A stretch of DNA of 64,000 nucleotides from Bilabrum cf. latius (taxonomy: Eukaryota): positions 1 to 64,000 of the forward strand of contig OZ237736.1 of assembly GCA_965178125.1 (NCBI GenBank), in the 5' to 3' direction. The number at the start of each line of letters is the position of its first letter. Position 1 is the first letter of the stretch. Positions 23,802-36,959 of this stretch are shown piece by piece. Made by a program: the position numbers and the translations under genes. The notes below the pieces were generated by a model. The model saw only the letters and a program-made list of their open reading frames with translations, was not told the DNA's origin and made no database searches.

Positions 23802-24968
23802 TCACTTGCCAACCGCGTCCGTCTTTGCCAGGTCGATTCGCGACAATATAGCGTCTACTCGCGACTGTAGCTCCTCAGTACCGCGCCAGCCACTTTGTTT
23901 CGACCTCGATCCCGCGGAGCCTTTCCCAGCTCCTGTGCCGAGACTTGCAATTTCGCGGACGGCCTTGCCAGTCTCTGCTGCTCTGGATGAAGAGCTCGCT
24001 ACCGCAGGCTCGGGTGCTGATGCGTCAACAGCACCTACTGCTGAGCGACCCGGCAAAGTGCTTCGGAGTACATGCTATCTGAGCATCGCTTCAGCTCTGA
24101 ATTCGGCCAGGTCGGCAAGGAGGGCCGCCGCAAGTGGTGCAGACTTGCGGCCAGCCGCACGACTGCTCGCAGACCCGCTACTCCCCGACAATTTACGGTG
24201 CCCAGCAGATGGGAGCGGGAGTGTGGGTTCGCAGTTAGCCATGCATCGTACTGATCGCAGCTCGAATGGCTTGCCGCGTACTACCACACCAACGTGAGAC
24301 CATTGCAGCTCTCCCCAGTCCAAGCCGTCAAAAACAGTTTCTGTTTCAGCTTGTGGAAGCGGGATGCCGAAAACAATACTCTACGCACAGTTGAGCCTTG
24401 CGGGATTCTTCACGAGGCTCATCCGGTAGGTGTCATATCCGTCGCCGGCACCACTCGACGGTGCAGAAGACGCCGCCTTCTTTTTTGAAGCTCCCAAGGA
24501 CCCCTCTCTCTCTATCTAAAACCTCTATGACTCAGTCTCAAGGAACATGGTCACAGATTTTAAGCGGTACGATGTCCACTGCAACGCAAGCGAAATGGTG
24601 AATCGTACTCAAGTGGTCAAGTCGAGCAGCAGCATGTGCGAAATAGTGAACTGAAGGACACAACTCACAGATTTCAGCGACGGGGACCCATCAGCAACCC
24701 TCTCAAGAGAATACTTAAATGCGGGCTCCAGGGAGAGGTCAGTCACGAGTGGAACATCAATCCCAGTCGATGCTCGCCTACCTCCTCCCGACAATTTTCT
24801 CTGTTTCGCACGCGGAATCTATTTCGGCTGCCTACCCCCACGCTTCCGCTTCCTTCCTCTTCTGCGAGCTGAGACAACAGACCCATCGCTTTCAAGGTGG
24901 ACCGAACCAGTCGGCGTCATACGAGCTACACACACTTCTGCTCACCTTGAACCGCCACCAGATCTCAT
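23802..24968 (-). CDS. Hypothetical protein with a basic NLS-like N-terminus; two predicted introns
   Basis: ORFs 23802-24056 and 24075-24323 join through TAG; GTGAG..CAG introns give MRSGGGSSSQKRKRKR...; start inferred. Confidence 0.5.
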
Positions 24969-25088
24969 TGCGTTTCTCGAACGAAAAACTAAAACTTTGA
25001 TTAAAGTAAAACCTATTCGGCGGATGGAAGATTTCTGTAAGTCAAGTTGCCGCTTTGAAGCTCGCAACGACGGATCAGTGCATGCTGT

Positions 25089-25122
25089 ACAGTGCAATGC
25101 ATCTTTAGATGCATTGCACTGT
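25089..25122. promoter_or_regulatory. Perfect 16-bp inverted repeat in a divergent intergenic region
   Basis: ACAGTGCAATGCATCT-TT-AGATGCATTGCACTGT; regulatory role inferred from position only. Confidence 0.4.
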
Positions 25123-25193
25123 GCATCCACAGAGCAGGTTGTCCTCTTGCGTAGATCTAGATCGTCGGCTCAGAATTCACCTTGCAACTTGTA

Positions 25194-28048
25194 ATGATGA
25201 ATAAGTGGATAGTATTTGGTATGCTTCTTGCATCTGGCGGAAGCATGCTCGTTTCGGGTATGCTCGATTTGCCAAGGCCGGTGGAGCTAGCAGTCGTTGC
25301 CTCAAGTAAGTTGCCTTGGTCATTTACGACTCCATTCCAAATATCATGCACTCAAGTTGCATATTTGGAAAGCTCTTCGTGGTTCTCGCAGCTTTGTGGA
25401 TCGGTCTGTCTAGCATGCTGCTTCTGTGCTCTATGGCATTGCCGAGATTCCTCCGTTTTGTCCCGCCGTCCATTGGGATATATATTGTGCGCATGGCATC
25501 CTACCAGTCGGTTCTGGTGGATTAGATGAATAACGCCGTGAAGGATGGCGTCATTCCACGCAATTTAGCCTCTGAAGATATTGCTCTGTCACACCCGCAT
25601 TGGAGGCGTGAGCTGGAGGTATTGCGCGTCGATTCCAATCAAGGCTAGTATGCCCTGCGCCGACCAGATGTAGCGTCATCAAAGGGAGATAGGCTGCGAC
25701 TTGCTATACTGCTATCTTCTGGCTTGTTTCAGGCCTATCGTGGACGGCCATCTGGAGCAATTGCCAGCGCAGCTGCAGCCGTAGGAGCTTCGCTCGGGTG
25801 GGGGGCAGTGGCATTAAGTTTGGAGTAGAGGCGTCAGCAATGGGTAGAAATATCATGTAAGGCATTCATAATGGCACGCCCAGAGTACCTCCAGAGCATG
25901 TGCGACTTCCTTGCGCTACCGGCCTTCTGCACTTCTCCCCCTCTTGCCTCTCGTCCTCATCCTGTTGCAGTGCTTGTTGCCGCAGGGGTATTCGGAATCG
26001 CGCTAGCGTGCGCAGCATCGTTCATGGCAATACGAAGAGAGGTGCTGGAGGCGTTTGTGGCAGACGCAGGCCACCTGTCAGCACGGGAGCGCATGCAGCT
26101 CGGTGTGGGTGCATTCGAATCAGCCGACGAGCCGCGGGGCTCAGACGAGTCGTCGGCAAACTAGGAACCACAGGCGAAGACAAGGGCGGCGGTTCTTCGT
26201 AACCGACGCCGTCATCGCAGCCGGTCCAGGAGGGCAGGATCTCGAGGCGTGGGTGCCGCTGACACGGTCGGGGTGGACTCTGTGGCGACGGTTGCACGCG
26301 GCACGGCTCTCCTCGCGATGGGTGCCCGGGGTCTCTCGCAGGTCGAGGGAACCGCCCACAGCATTGGCGATGACGTGGTTGCGACTGCGGTATCTGGCCG
26401 ACTGCATGCTGCGACTCTGGGATTTGCCGCGGTCCAGCAGAATCGGTGCGACCTGCTGCACGAGGGTGATGGAGATGGGCAGGACGGCGACAGGGCGGGC
26501 CTCGGCCCCGGGGACAAGAGCGAGGCAGGGTCCTACAGCGGGTCCATGAGGGAGGGGTCGGGCGTTGACGTGCGGTGGGTGGACTGCGGACAGCGCCTTG
26601 GCAGCGACCCGGATGCTCTCGCGGCGCAGTGGAGGCTGCTGTGCCGGGATCTGGTCGCATCAGCGGTGGTGCATCCGCTGGTGGAGACGTGCGAGCTAAT
26701 CGCCCACGAGTGCAGAAGGACCCGCAGAGCGATCAAGGATGTCCGGGCGGAGGTACCGCACGTGTCGTTGCACTTCCTGCTGTGCGATTAGAGTGCGCCC
26801 GCGACGATTGAGGACAGCAGCAGCCAGCACGCTGGGCGAACTCCGGGGCAGCTGGGTACCTACTTCACCAAGAAAGCCTTGCCTGCCTTGATGAAGCTGT
26901 TCGAGGACAAGAGAAGGTTCTATGCTCCGGACGAAGACGGCCGATTACTCGCTGTTGGAGGCGGAATGACGGTGCCTGCAGTCGGCCGCGCTGTATTGGG
27001 GCAGCTGTCGCAGCCCGGGAGCAGCGGAGTGGCATCCCTGTGGGACATGCGGAAGACACTCCTTGGATTGTGCGTTCCACCCACAGCCAAAATGTTCCCA
27101 GGTTATTGCGTGCGAAGGCTGAGGGAGCTGGTACAAGAGAGGCGGCTGTCTTAGTACGTGGGGGACGGGGGCGGCTCTCACCGCGGCAAGGGCTGGAGCG
27201 ACGACCTGCCCACGGATGCCGAGCTCTGCCTTAACACGATATTTGGCGTGCTGGACCAGTTCTTTGCATCCAAAGCGGAAGAGAAAGAGCTCAGCGTCGG
27301 GATACCGCGCGGCAAGCAAGGCAGGCTCTTCACTGACGCGTTCGTGGTGACCCCTCAGTCGCTCGACACCGAGACCCTAGGCGACAGGCAGCTGCCCCTC
27401 ATCGAGGTGAGGCACTCTCGCCCACTGGACATTGCGATTCGATTCAATGGACGCGTTTTTCTACTGGCAGATCCAGCGGCGGGGTCCCGGACTGGTGCTG
27501 GACCCGGCGGGCGCCGATCGGAGCGGGAGATGCTGTTCAGGGCGATGGGTGTTTTCTTCGGCCTGGTGCAGTCTGCACTGCGGCTGGGACAGGCGAGCCG
27601 CGGGCATGGACGCCCTTTGCGACTGGATGGTCTGCGATCAGGTGGACTCGCTGGGGGGGACGAGGCAGGGCTCGGCCTGTCGGGTGTGCGCGGCCGGGCA
27701 GGCAGACGGGCCACGAGCAGGCCCAGGCGGCGGGCGTCTCGGGGCCGCTCCGGAGCGCAGCGGGGCTTCTTAGGAGGCAAAGGGGTGGCCGATACAGCGA
27801 GGCACGGCGCGACTGTGCGTGTGTCCGAGCTTCCCATGCAGCACGGGGTCCGCTGCGCGGTGGATTTTGACAGAGACCTTGAGTTCTTGCGATTGGCATT
27901 CGGGTGCCTCGTCGATGTAGCGGAAGGCATATCGAGCGGTAGCAGCCGCTCTGGCGCAGCTTTGAAGCAGTCGCGGTCCAGCGGCGGCGTAAGAGCACCC
28001 ATAGGGGGGCTCGAGGGTGGGTTTGAGGACGACTGGGAGGTGTTCTGA
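25194..28048 (+). CDS. TMEM209: TMEM209/PNET1-like nuclear envelope protein; intron 25306-25391
   Basis: N-terminal TMs; YCVRRLREL...LS[Q]YVGDGGG..GKGWSDDLPTDAELCL..F..LD; single frame broken only by TAGs; TGA stop. Confidence 0.75.
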
Positions 28049-28188
28049 TGGCAGGGACTCTGTGGGCTTGTGGTTGCACCAGCACCTGCGTCTGCACTTG
28101 ACCGTTGGCTCTGCTCGATCGGTAGTATATTCAGTACAACAAGTAAGATCCACACAGTGCTTGCCGCAGTCCGTTCATTTTGCGGATA

Positions 28189-29367
28189 TTACACCATTTC
28201 CTGCTCTGGCACCGGGCTGCCGCCGTTCGAGCGCCGCAGTGCCAGACCCTTCCTGCTCTGGACAGCCGCTCCTGGCGTGCCAGCTTCTCCAGCGCTGCTG
28301 TCGTCCTTTGCAACGGCACCACCAGGAGACGTCCAACAGCCTCGCTTGCTATTCGCTTGCACGTACACCCCCAGTGATACCAGGCCAAGCCCGGCGATAT
28401 GGCTCAGCGAAATGGCCTTGGGGAATAGCAGGAACGACAGGGCAATCGTGACTGCCTTGCGAGTTGATGTGACAAAGACAGTCATCGCACTATCCGTCAG
28501 ACTTATGAGTGCAAGTATGAAGTAGTATCCGACCCAATTCGTAGCTGCATACGCAACTATGGCCCCCACGATGAGTGAGACTCGGCGAAGGTCCCACTCA
28601 GGCTACCAGCGCGCTGCCTCCGCACTTTGCGTGTCATCAGCCTCGGCATGGCGGCCCCCCACAGTCGACATACTTGAACTCTGCTACCAGGACACAATAG
28701 TTTGGACCCCTATCAAGCACGTGGAGAAGACCAGGCTCCAAGCTTGCGAGTAAGTCGACGCCTCGAGATGGGTGGCTCGGTACTCGGTGAGCAAACTCTC
28801 CTGCAGATTCCCTAAAAATGCATCGCAGACCAATGCCGTGCTAATAATGGCGAATCCGTACGGAGAGCTCGTCCCAGCAGTGGAATCTGCCCAAGCATAG
28901 AGGCCCAGCCCGCCAATTAAGCACACCGCTGCAAGGTATCTACCGAATGGAAACTGTTTTCGGTATAGTATGGCTCCCACCAGCATAACAGGTATAACCT
29001 TCGATGATTTGCATACAATCTAGGCCGGGTACGACAAGTATAGTAACGCTAAATTGCTAAACTGTGCGGATAACAGATTTAGAGCTCCAACCGCAGCGTG
29101 CTTCGACAACGGCGCCCTCCTCTTGTTGAACCCACCCAAAAATAAAGACCCTACGACAGTCACAAGAGGGATAGACATAGCGAGTATAGCAGGCTGCCTG
29201 AACTGCATTTCGTTGATGACAAATTCCTGTGCAACCGAAGCCGTGAGATACATCACGTATATGCCAGCTGCCGCAAATAAAACTCTAAGGTTTGGTGGAA
29301 CCCAGTCAAGCGTTACGCCAGCCACCGAAAATTCGTCGGGTCTGGCGGCATGAGGAGCATTTGCCAT
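28189..29367 (-). CDS. UAA-family nucleotide-sugar/PAPS transporter (SLC35B-like)
   Basis: YLSYPA[TAG=Q]IVCKSSKVIPVM, DAFLGNLQE, TSTRKAVTIALSFLLFPK; ends EQEMV-TAA. Confidence 0.93.
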
Positions 29368-29604
29368 CAGGATAGTAGTGCGCGGCGAGTGGATAATGCA
29401 AGTGTCTATTGCCCAATCATCACATCATGATGCACGCCGCGACTGCCACTGGCAGTGTCAGCTGTCCGTCTCACTGCCAGAGCTGCCTTCTGAGTCTTCA
29501 TCGTGCTGGTCATCCGAGGCATCATCATCGTCCTCGTCGCTCGATGCGCATGATCCAGAGTCGGAGTCGTGCTCGGACCCTGGCAGGAAAGGGACCCCGG
29601 GAGC
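29259..29604. repeat. Direct repeat copy 1 (paralog at 33913-34219)
   Basis: Shared atatgccagctgccgcaaataaa ... ggaaagggaccccgggagc with indels. Confidence 0.93.
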
Positions 29605-30377
29605 GCCGCCAGACCGCAGGCCGGCGACGTAGATCTACCTGCCGCCCACTGCGGCAGCGAGGCGTGAGCACCCTGCCTGCATACCGCTCCGTGGTAGGCA
29701 GCTTCATCCTTGCTGCGAGCGCACGGGTACCTATGTCCCATACCATTACCAAATTGTCGCCGAAAGCGAGCACGATGAGCTCCTCCGCCACCACTGGCAG
29801 CGGACAGGTCGCCAGAAACCGTTGGCACCGCTCCGCAGATGCACCCATTAGCAATACCATCACGAGAACGCAGGCTTCCGACCTTGTTCTAGTCCGCAGT
29901 ACCCCATAAGATTGCTTTGTCAGCAGACACAGAGAGCGCCCTTATGCCGCTCGGACTCACGCTGCACTGGGGCGGAACCATGGCCCTTTAAGGTTGCGAG
30001 TGCGCCAGTGCCAGACGTAGACCCTTAGCTCAAGTTTGATATGCACACTTTCATGGTACCGCCGGCCGTACCCACCTATAGCTCCCGGGCGGTGGTTGGA
30101 GCTGCTTATGAGATACAGGCGCAGGTTGCAGCAGATCCGCTGTGTCCAAGCGGTTCACGGCGATTCTACTCCAAGGGGAAAGCCTCTACAGCTGATCCTT
30201 ACTTTTGTGCCAACACTTATACCGAACCATCGTAGCTAACAGCCACGGCACCAGCACGGGAGCCCCTTGCGATTTGCCTGGCAGGATTCGAAGGAGTTGT
30301 CCATCAGAGTTTGGCGCTGGCCGACGCTCCCTCACATTATTCGATCCCGACACATTTAAATCTTGAACAGTTGCCAT
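29458..30377 (-). pseudogene. Unresolved or chimeric coding-like region: WD-like fragment ending in a duplicated acidic tail
   Basis: LIVLAFGDNLVMVWDIGT fragment; frames do not join cleanly even with TAG=Gln. Confidence 0.25.
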
Positions 30378-30825
30378 CTTGTACGACCGGAGTCCAATAA
30401 AAAATATGCAAACGCGGCGCTAGAGCGTCAGTCTACCGCGACGACGACTCGCGACTCGGAGTCGCGAAGCATCAAAGGTACACGCAACAAAATGTGACTT
30501 CCCGGCTCCGCACCTGTACGCTTTCTCCTTGTGAAGGCAACAGTCTGGGGGCCTGTGGGGGACCACACTGATGGCGAAGAATGGGAACTCGGCGGCATAG
30601 GCTGAGAACGGGGGGCCTTTGGCCTGAAAGGGTCGGGGGTCTTGTAGTCCTTTGTTTTAGGGCTCCTCTGGATCTAGGTGATCACTGATCACCCAAACCC
30701 CCTCGGGGGCGACGGTGCATCTGGGTGCTTACGGAATCTTTACCCAACAATGTATTTCTGTATTTCTGTATTTCCGGCTTGCTTGTTCGGGTCAGTTTTT
30801 CGCTTCCCGCGAAGCGAAACGGGCT

Positions 30826-33764
30826 ATGAGAGGACTTCTGGGGGCTATATGCGCCACTCTCGCGCTTGAATCTGCGGCTATGCCATACAATCCGGTACCA
30901 GACCCGACCTCAATTGTGGTGCACGGCCATGCGCGATTCACGATTCTGTCCGACTCCTTGGTCCGGATCGAGGCTTCGAACCACACGAAGTCTGGCGCGT
31001 TGCAGTTTGACAACAGGGCCACACTTGCGGTAGTCAATCGGCAGACTGCAGTTCCGCGGTTCTCCGTGACACAAGAGAACGTGACGGCAATAAGGATTAG
31101 TTTGGGCTCAATGAGCATCGTCCACAACGCTGTGTATGAACCGCCGACCCAAGAATGCCAAAACCAATCGACGTGGATGCAAGACACTGACTAGAAGGGT
31201 GGGTCACGAAGCCCGTTGTTTCCCAACGGGACTGCCGTGAACGACGCAGGAGACTGCTGCAGGGTGTGCGCAGGGGATCCTCACTGCACGGCATGGGTAT
31301 TTGCCACCGATGCAAAGTCGACCAACTGCTACGCAATGTCAGAAGTCCAGGGCACCAAACCGGCTGCCAACCACATATTTGGCCGCCCCAAGCGCTCAAT
31401 CTTGACCCCGAGCAATCTTGAAATTTCCACAGCCGGCGGCTTCAGGTGGACGCCGGGAACTCAGGACGACGCCAACCTGAATGGCACTGCAGTTGATTTC
31501 TTTTGCGCGAACCAAGTGGATATTCAGGACTGCATTACTTCACTATGGGCTCGCATCACCCCGGGACTACTCTCAAAGTCTGGCTGGACGTTTCTTGACG
31601 ATTCTGCCACTCCCCGATTCGAGACCGAGGGCGGGTCGCAGTCTGGGTGGCACGAAGAAACGTTCATCGATGAGTCCGACTGGTACTTTGCCGCATACGA
31701 CGCATCGCTGACGGGAGAGCAGGTACCCGACTACCGGCGCTCGCTTGCTGCCTTCGCAGAAGTCTCAGGCAGGCCAGCCATGCCCACTCGTGGCGCGCTG
31801 CTGCCCGCCTACTCCCACTACTACCCATACGGAGAGAACCTGATCGGAAATTAGACGCTTGCGGAGTATCGGGCCCGCGAAATGCCCCTCGGAGTGCTGG
31901 TGTCCGACCTGTTCTGGCACGAAGTGACCGTGCCAGAGCCTTGCTAGGGCTACGGAGGCTACGTCTGGAACTCATCGCTGTGGCCTGACCCGAACGGATA
32001 CCTCGAGAAGTTACACGGGGGCGATTCAGAGTACGGGGCTCCGCTCGAATTCACGGTCAACGTGCATCCCCAGGATGGGGTCGATGTGTGTCAAGGGGAG
32101 AGCTACTACCAGATCGGCAAGGCGGTGGGCTTCGACACGTCGAGCAACAAAACCATTCCGTGCGATATTGCAAATGAGACCTTCAGCGATGCCCTGTACG
32201 AATATGTCACATCCAGCCCTTCCCACACCAACATCGACTTTTTGTGGACAGACTATGGCGGCTGCGGGCACAAGACAGAGCTTCCCAAGAGCCATTTCTT
32301 GCTGTGGAACAATATCGATTTCGCCAGGAGAAACACGGCCATGTTCGAAGGGACTAGGCGGCCCATGGTGCTGTCCCGGTACGGTGGGCTAGGCGATTAG
32401 CGCCGCCCCGTGGGTTTTAGCGGGGACACGCACCAGTGCTACGAGGTGCTGCAGTGGCAGGTGGGGGCCACGCCCATGGCCAGCAATGCCCTCTTCCCGT
32501 ACTGGTCCAGTGGTGAGGTACAAAGTGGTTTCAAGTGCCCCTCCGAGTTGCAAGGCCTGGGTTCTGAGTCTACCCCGCTCCCTCTTGCCACCGGCGTGAT
32601 TGTTTCTTGCTTGCTAGCATCGGTAGTCACTCATGTGCTATTTCTGTTTCTACCGCAGATATTGGGGGTTTCAAGCCTGCTGGCACTGGCCCGGGGTGTA
32701 CTGGAAGCTGGCAGGGTGGGAACACGACCCAGGGGGAACTGTACCTTCGTTGGCTGCAGTTCGGGGCGTTCAATCCAGTCTTCAGGACGCACTGTACCAT
32801 GTGCATCGACCGGGACAAGTATGCGCCTTGCACGTACTGCGAACGGCACATCTGGAAATGGCCTGACCTGTACGGCGCCATGAGGGACGCCTTTGTGGTG
32901 CGGGGCATGCTGGTACCCTTCCTCTACTCTGAGAGCTTCCGCACCTTCTCGACCGGGACAGGCACATTCCACAGCATGTACGTGGACTACCCCAATGACA
33001 CACACGCATATGACTATGCCCTTTCCCAGTATATGATGGGGACATCCGTCATTGTGGCGCCTGCGGTGGTTCCTCTCGAGGCCGGCGAAGCAACCACCTC
33101 GGTGAAGGTCTGGCTGCCCGAGGCCCACTCGGAGTGGGTGTCTTTCGACGGCTCCAGGACAGAGGCCGGTGGCAGTGTGATCAGCGTGGACGCGGGGCTC
33201 GACGATGTTCCTTCCTATGCCCGTGGGGGCACCCTTCTGCCCCTGCAGAGCCCCGACAGCGCGATGGATGGAGCGAATGCCACCGCCCCGGCGATCCTGC
33301 TATGGACCATGTGGCTGCATGCGAGCAGAAGCCCCGCAGAGTCAAGGTTTGAGCTGTTCGAGGATGACGGCGTGTCCACCGCATACCAATCCGTGACGGA
33401 AGTGAATGCATCCAGTGTGAGCGTGGTTACCACGTCAGCAGCCGCCGTATCGCCAGACGAGCTGACGATCCACATCAGCAGTTCCCAGGGAACCTTCGCT
33501 GGTGCGCCAACCGAGCGGAAGCACTGGTACTCGGTGCGCGGCTTCGGGCAGAGCAGCGGGGGCAAGCTGCCCGCCTCGGTCACCGTGGACGGGAAGGACG
33601 TGCCCTCCATCGATGGAGCGAGCAGTGCAGATTTCGGGTATTTCCTGGTCAATGCCGCGATGGCTACCAACGCCACCCTTTCGAATCCTGAGGGCACGCT
33701 TGTGGTCAGAGCTGGAGGGCCTGTGTCGGTATCCCAGATGCATTCCATGGTAGTGCGCCTGTGA
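30826..33764 (+). CDS. Secreted GH31 alpha-glycosidase with an inserted PAN/apple domain; intron 32513-32658
   Basis: Signal peptide; ARFTILSDSLVRIE; PLGVLVSDLFWH; LWPDP; DFLWTD nucleophile; GFSGDT acid/base; spliced YWSSDIGGF; ELYLRWLQFGAFNPVFRTH; 4 TAGs. Confidence 0.93.
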
Positions 33765-33912
33765 GGCACTGTCTGCGGGGTAGACTTAGTGTGATGTCTG
33801 CCATCGGAGTTTGCAAATTGGCCGATGCAGAGCAATGGCGCTTGCACAAGCAGTGGCTTGTGAAAAAAATACTGGCTTGCTGTTGTCGTGAGATTCATTC
33901 CGTAAGTTTTGG

Positions 33913-34219
33913 ATATGCCAGCTGCCGCAAATAAAACTCTAAGGTTTGGTGGAACCCAGTCAAGCGTTACGCCAGCCACCGAAAATTCGTCGGGTCTAGC
34001 GGCATGAGGAGCATTTGCCATAGTAGTGCGTGGCGACTGGACACAGTGTCTCTTGCCCCAATCATCACATGCTGTCCGTCTCACTGCCAGAGCTGCCTTC
34101 TGAGTCTTCATCGTGCTGGTCATCCGAGTCATCATCATTGTCGTCCTCGTCGCTCGATGCACATGATCCAGAGTCGGAGTCGTGCTTGGATCCACTGGCA
34201 GGAAAGGGACCCCGGGAGC
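33913..34219. repeat. Direct repeat copy 2 (includes a truncated copy of the transporter's first ~36 codons)
   Basis: MANAPHAARPDEFSVAGVTLDWVPPNLRVLFAAAGI encoded twice. Confidence 0.93.
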
Positions 34220-36959
34220 TCTCGACCGCTCGCGGACCCAGGCCCATGTGCCATCGCAGCCGACAAACCTCCGTCGCCAGGGCCTCCTCCCGTAAACGCC
34301 CTGCTGCGACCTCCTCTGCGAGCAGCAGTGAAGCAGTCGCTCGCCTGCTATCGCCCTTGCCGGACGCCACCTGAGACAGTGCTCCCAGCAGCCGGTAGTT
34401 CAGCGCAGCCAGCGACTCTGCCTCGTCTGCACTGGGTATTTGCATTGCTGCGTGCTCTCGGGCAGCCGGACCGGCCCAACGGAGCTGGGCGCGATTCGCA
34501 TAGGCTGGGACAGGGACAGGGAGGGCGAAGGGGGGTGCACCTTCGCCCCGCACTCGCGAGAGACCGAAGTCCGCGGATTGCTGGGAGAGTTTAGCCTGCA
34601 GCTGAGCGACTTGCTCTCGCAGCGACTTGGCCTCAAGCCGCCGCCGGAGCACTTCGGCATGCAGCTCCGGACTGCTCGTCTGACTCTGGCCCGCTGGCCC
34701 ATCTGCACCTGCCCCGACCTGATGACGCAACAGGCCGACAGCCCGTCGGCCGACTCCCTCGACGGCTGCTTGCTGCGCCTTAGCCATGGCAAGGCCTCTG
34801 TGGTCCGCAGCTCTACGCAGCTGAGACATGGCACCTGCGAGATCGTGCCGTCGACGCGCACCCATCAACACGCGGACCATCTGCTTGCAAGCGATGCGCG
34901 ATCGGAAGGCTCGGAATGCTGCTGTCTCCTGTGAGAGCGCAAATGCCAGTCGCTGGGCCACTTCCTGGGCCCGACGGCTGTCTTCGTCAGCCACCTCGGC
35001 TTCTGCCTCAGCAGTAGCCACAAGTTGATGCATGCGCCACTCATCGGCGCGAGGCGCATCACTCCCCGATCTAGTGTCATGGCCAGCTGTCCTGACGCTC
35101 GTTCTAACGGCATCTGCTGCCGACTGAATCGCCATGAGCTGGTCTTCAGCTGAACGGATGCGCCCTGCAAGTTCAGCCTTGGGGGCGTCGACCGAACGAT
35201 GAGGGCGTGGGCTGGCAGGCCGTGAATCGTGTGCACGCTATCTAGCGACTGGCCATGCCGCCGCAACCGGCTCTGCTGTACGCGGCGCCTGGGCTGTACT
35301 TGCTATATGGTTTGTACCTGGCCTATGGGTTGGCGCGTCATAACCATTTTTGACAGCAGACCTTGCAGTTTCTGTACGTAGCTTGTCGCTATCGCCGTGG
35401 TCAGAGCCTCGATGCGGGGCATGGTCCGCAGAGGTGTGAGGAACTCTCGGTGGGCCAATGCTTCCAGTGTACGGCTGCACGGCGTTGCTGTTCACATCTG
35501 CCCTCCCAGCTACGGTTCGGGCATCAGCGGGTGCTGGAGCTGGGACACCATAGCTCGCTTGTCCTCCATCCCCCAATGCCCCCTTGGTATCGTGGACGCG
35601 AGTGGCCGGCTCCAAGTCACCGTCCTATGCGCCGTGGTGAGCGAACGGAGCCCGTGCAACTTGTACTGTTGAGTCGGACTGCGCCACTGGCGGTGCCCTC
35701 GTTGACTACTCCGTCCGTAGGTTCGTGTTGGTTGCATTCTAGTCCCCCAAGCGAACCTTCGCCACATGCTACTTTGCTTGCTCCCGCACAGGGGCTCCGA
35801 ACGAATCTTGGGCTGTCAAAGAGTAAGCGAGCGCGTGGCTTCCGCTTTGTGCTTGCGCCACAGAGCCTACTGGCTGGGTCTGATCTGCACGAACCTGATG
35901 GACGTCCACTCGGCCAGAGCTGCCACCTGCAATCTGCCCGATGGCCCGGTCCTCACTGCCACCAGAGGCACCCGAGGCCCGGTGTTCGATGGCCCGGTCC
36001 TCACTGCCACCAGAGGCACCCGAGGCCCGGTGTTCGATGGCCCGGTCCTCACTGCTACCAGAGGCACCCGAGGCCCGGTGTTCGATGGCCCGGTCCTCAC
36101 TGCTACCAGAGGCACCCGAGGCCCGGTGTTCGATGGCCCGGTCCTCACTGCCACCAGAGGCACCCGAGGCCCGGTGTTCGATGGCCCGGTCCTCACTGCT
36201 ACCAGAGGCACCCGAGGCCCGGTGTTCGATGGCCCGGTCCTCACTGCCACCAGAGGCACCCGAGGCCCGGTGTTCGATGGCCCGGTCCTCACTGCCACCA
36301 GAGGCACCCGAGGCCCGGTGTTCGATGGCCCGGTCCTCACTGCTACCAGAGGCACCCGAGGCCCGGTGTTCGATGGCCCGGTCCTCACTGCTACCAGAGG
36401 CACCCGAGGCCCGGTGTTCGATGGCCCGGTCCTCACTGCTACCAGAGGCACCTGGGACCCGCTTCCCCTTTGATCCAGGCGCTTGCCTGCTTGTCAGAGG
36501 TGCGCCTTGCTCGCGCAGCCCTCGGGTTTCCTTCCCGGATGCTCCAATGTACGAGACGCTGACCGGAGTGCCGCCGGACTGCCGTCTCGCACGAGCCTGC
36601 CTGAGCCTCTCGGCGCGATCGGGCTTTCCGGCCCTGCTGCTGCTCTAATCAGATGAAAGGTTTGGGGTAGCGCTACAGGCCGCTACATCTCGTGGTCGAG
36701 CGCCAGAAACAGATGACGTCGCTTGTGGCTGCCTTGCAAGCTGGGAGTCACCCGCAAAGTAGAACAAATATGTTGTTCGGTCGTAGCCAAACCGAATGGC
36801 ATCTGCAGATCTGCGATTATTGGAACGAACAGTGAGAGCTGTACTCGTACAGATGCGGCTAAATAGCTGTACGATGGTGGAGCGACAAGAGCATCCATGC
36901 ACCTTACTGTAGCTTGTGCCGACTATCCAAAACTCTATCACTGTTGACAAACGTACCAT
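34065..36959 (-). CDS. Low-complexity/coiled-coil hypothetical protein with an acidic tail (start uncertain, 36898 or 36959)
   Basis: One frame from 36959 to TGA at 34065, broken only by TAGs. Confidence 0.65.
35940..36452. repeat. 48-bp coding minisatellite x~10.7 (ASG[S/G]SEDRAIEHRASG on the minus strand)
   Basis: GATGGCCC recurs every 48 bp from 35940 to 36420. Confidence 0.97.
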
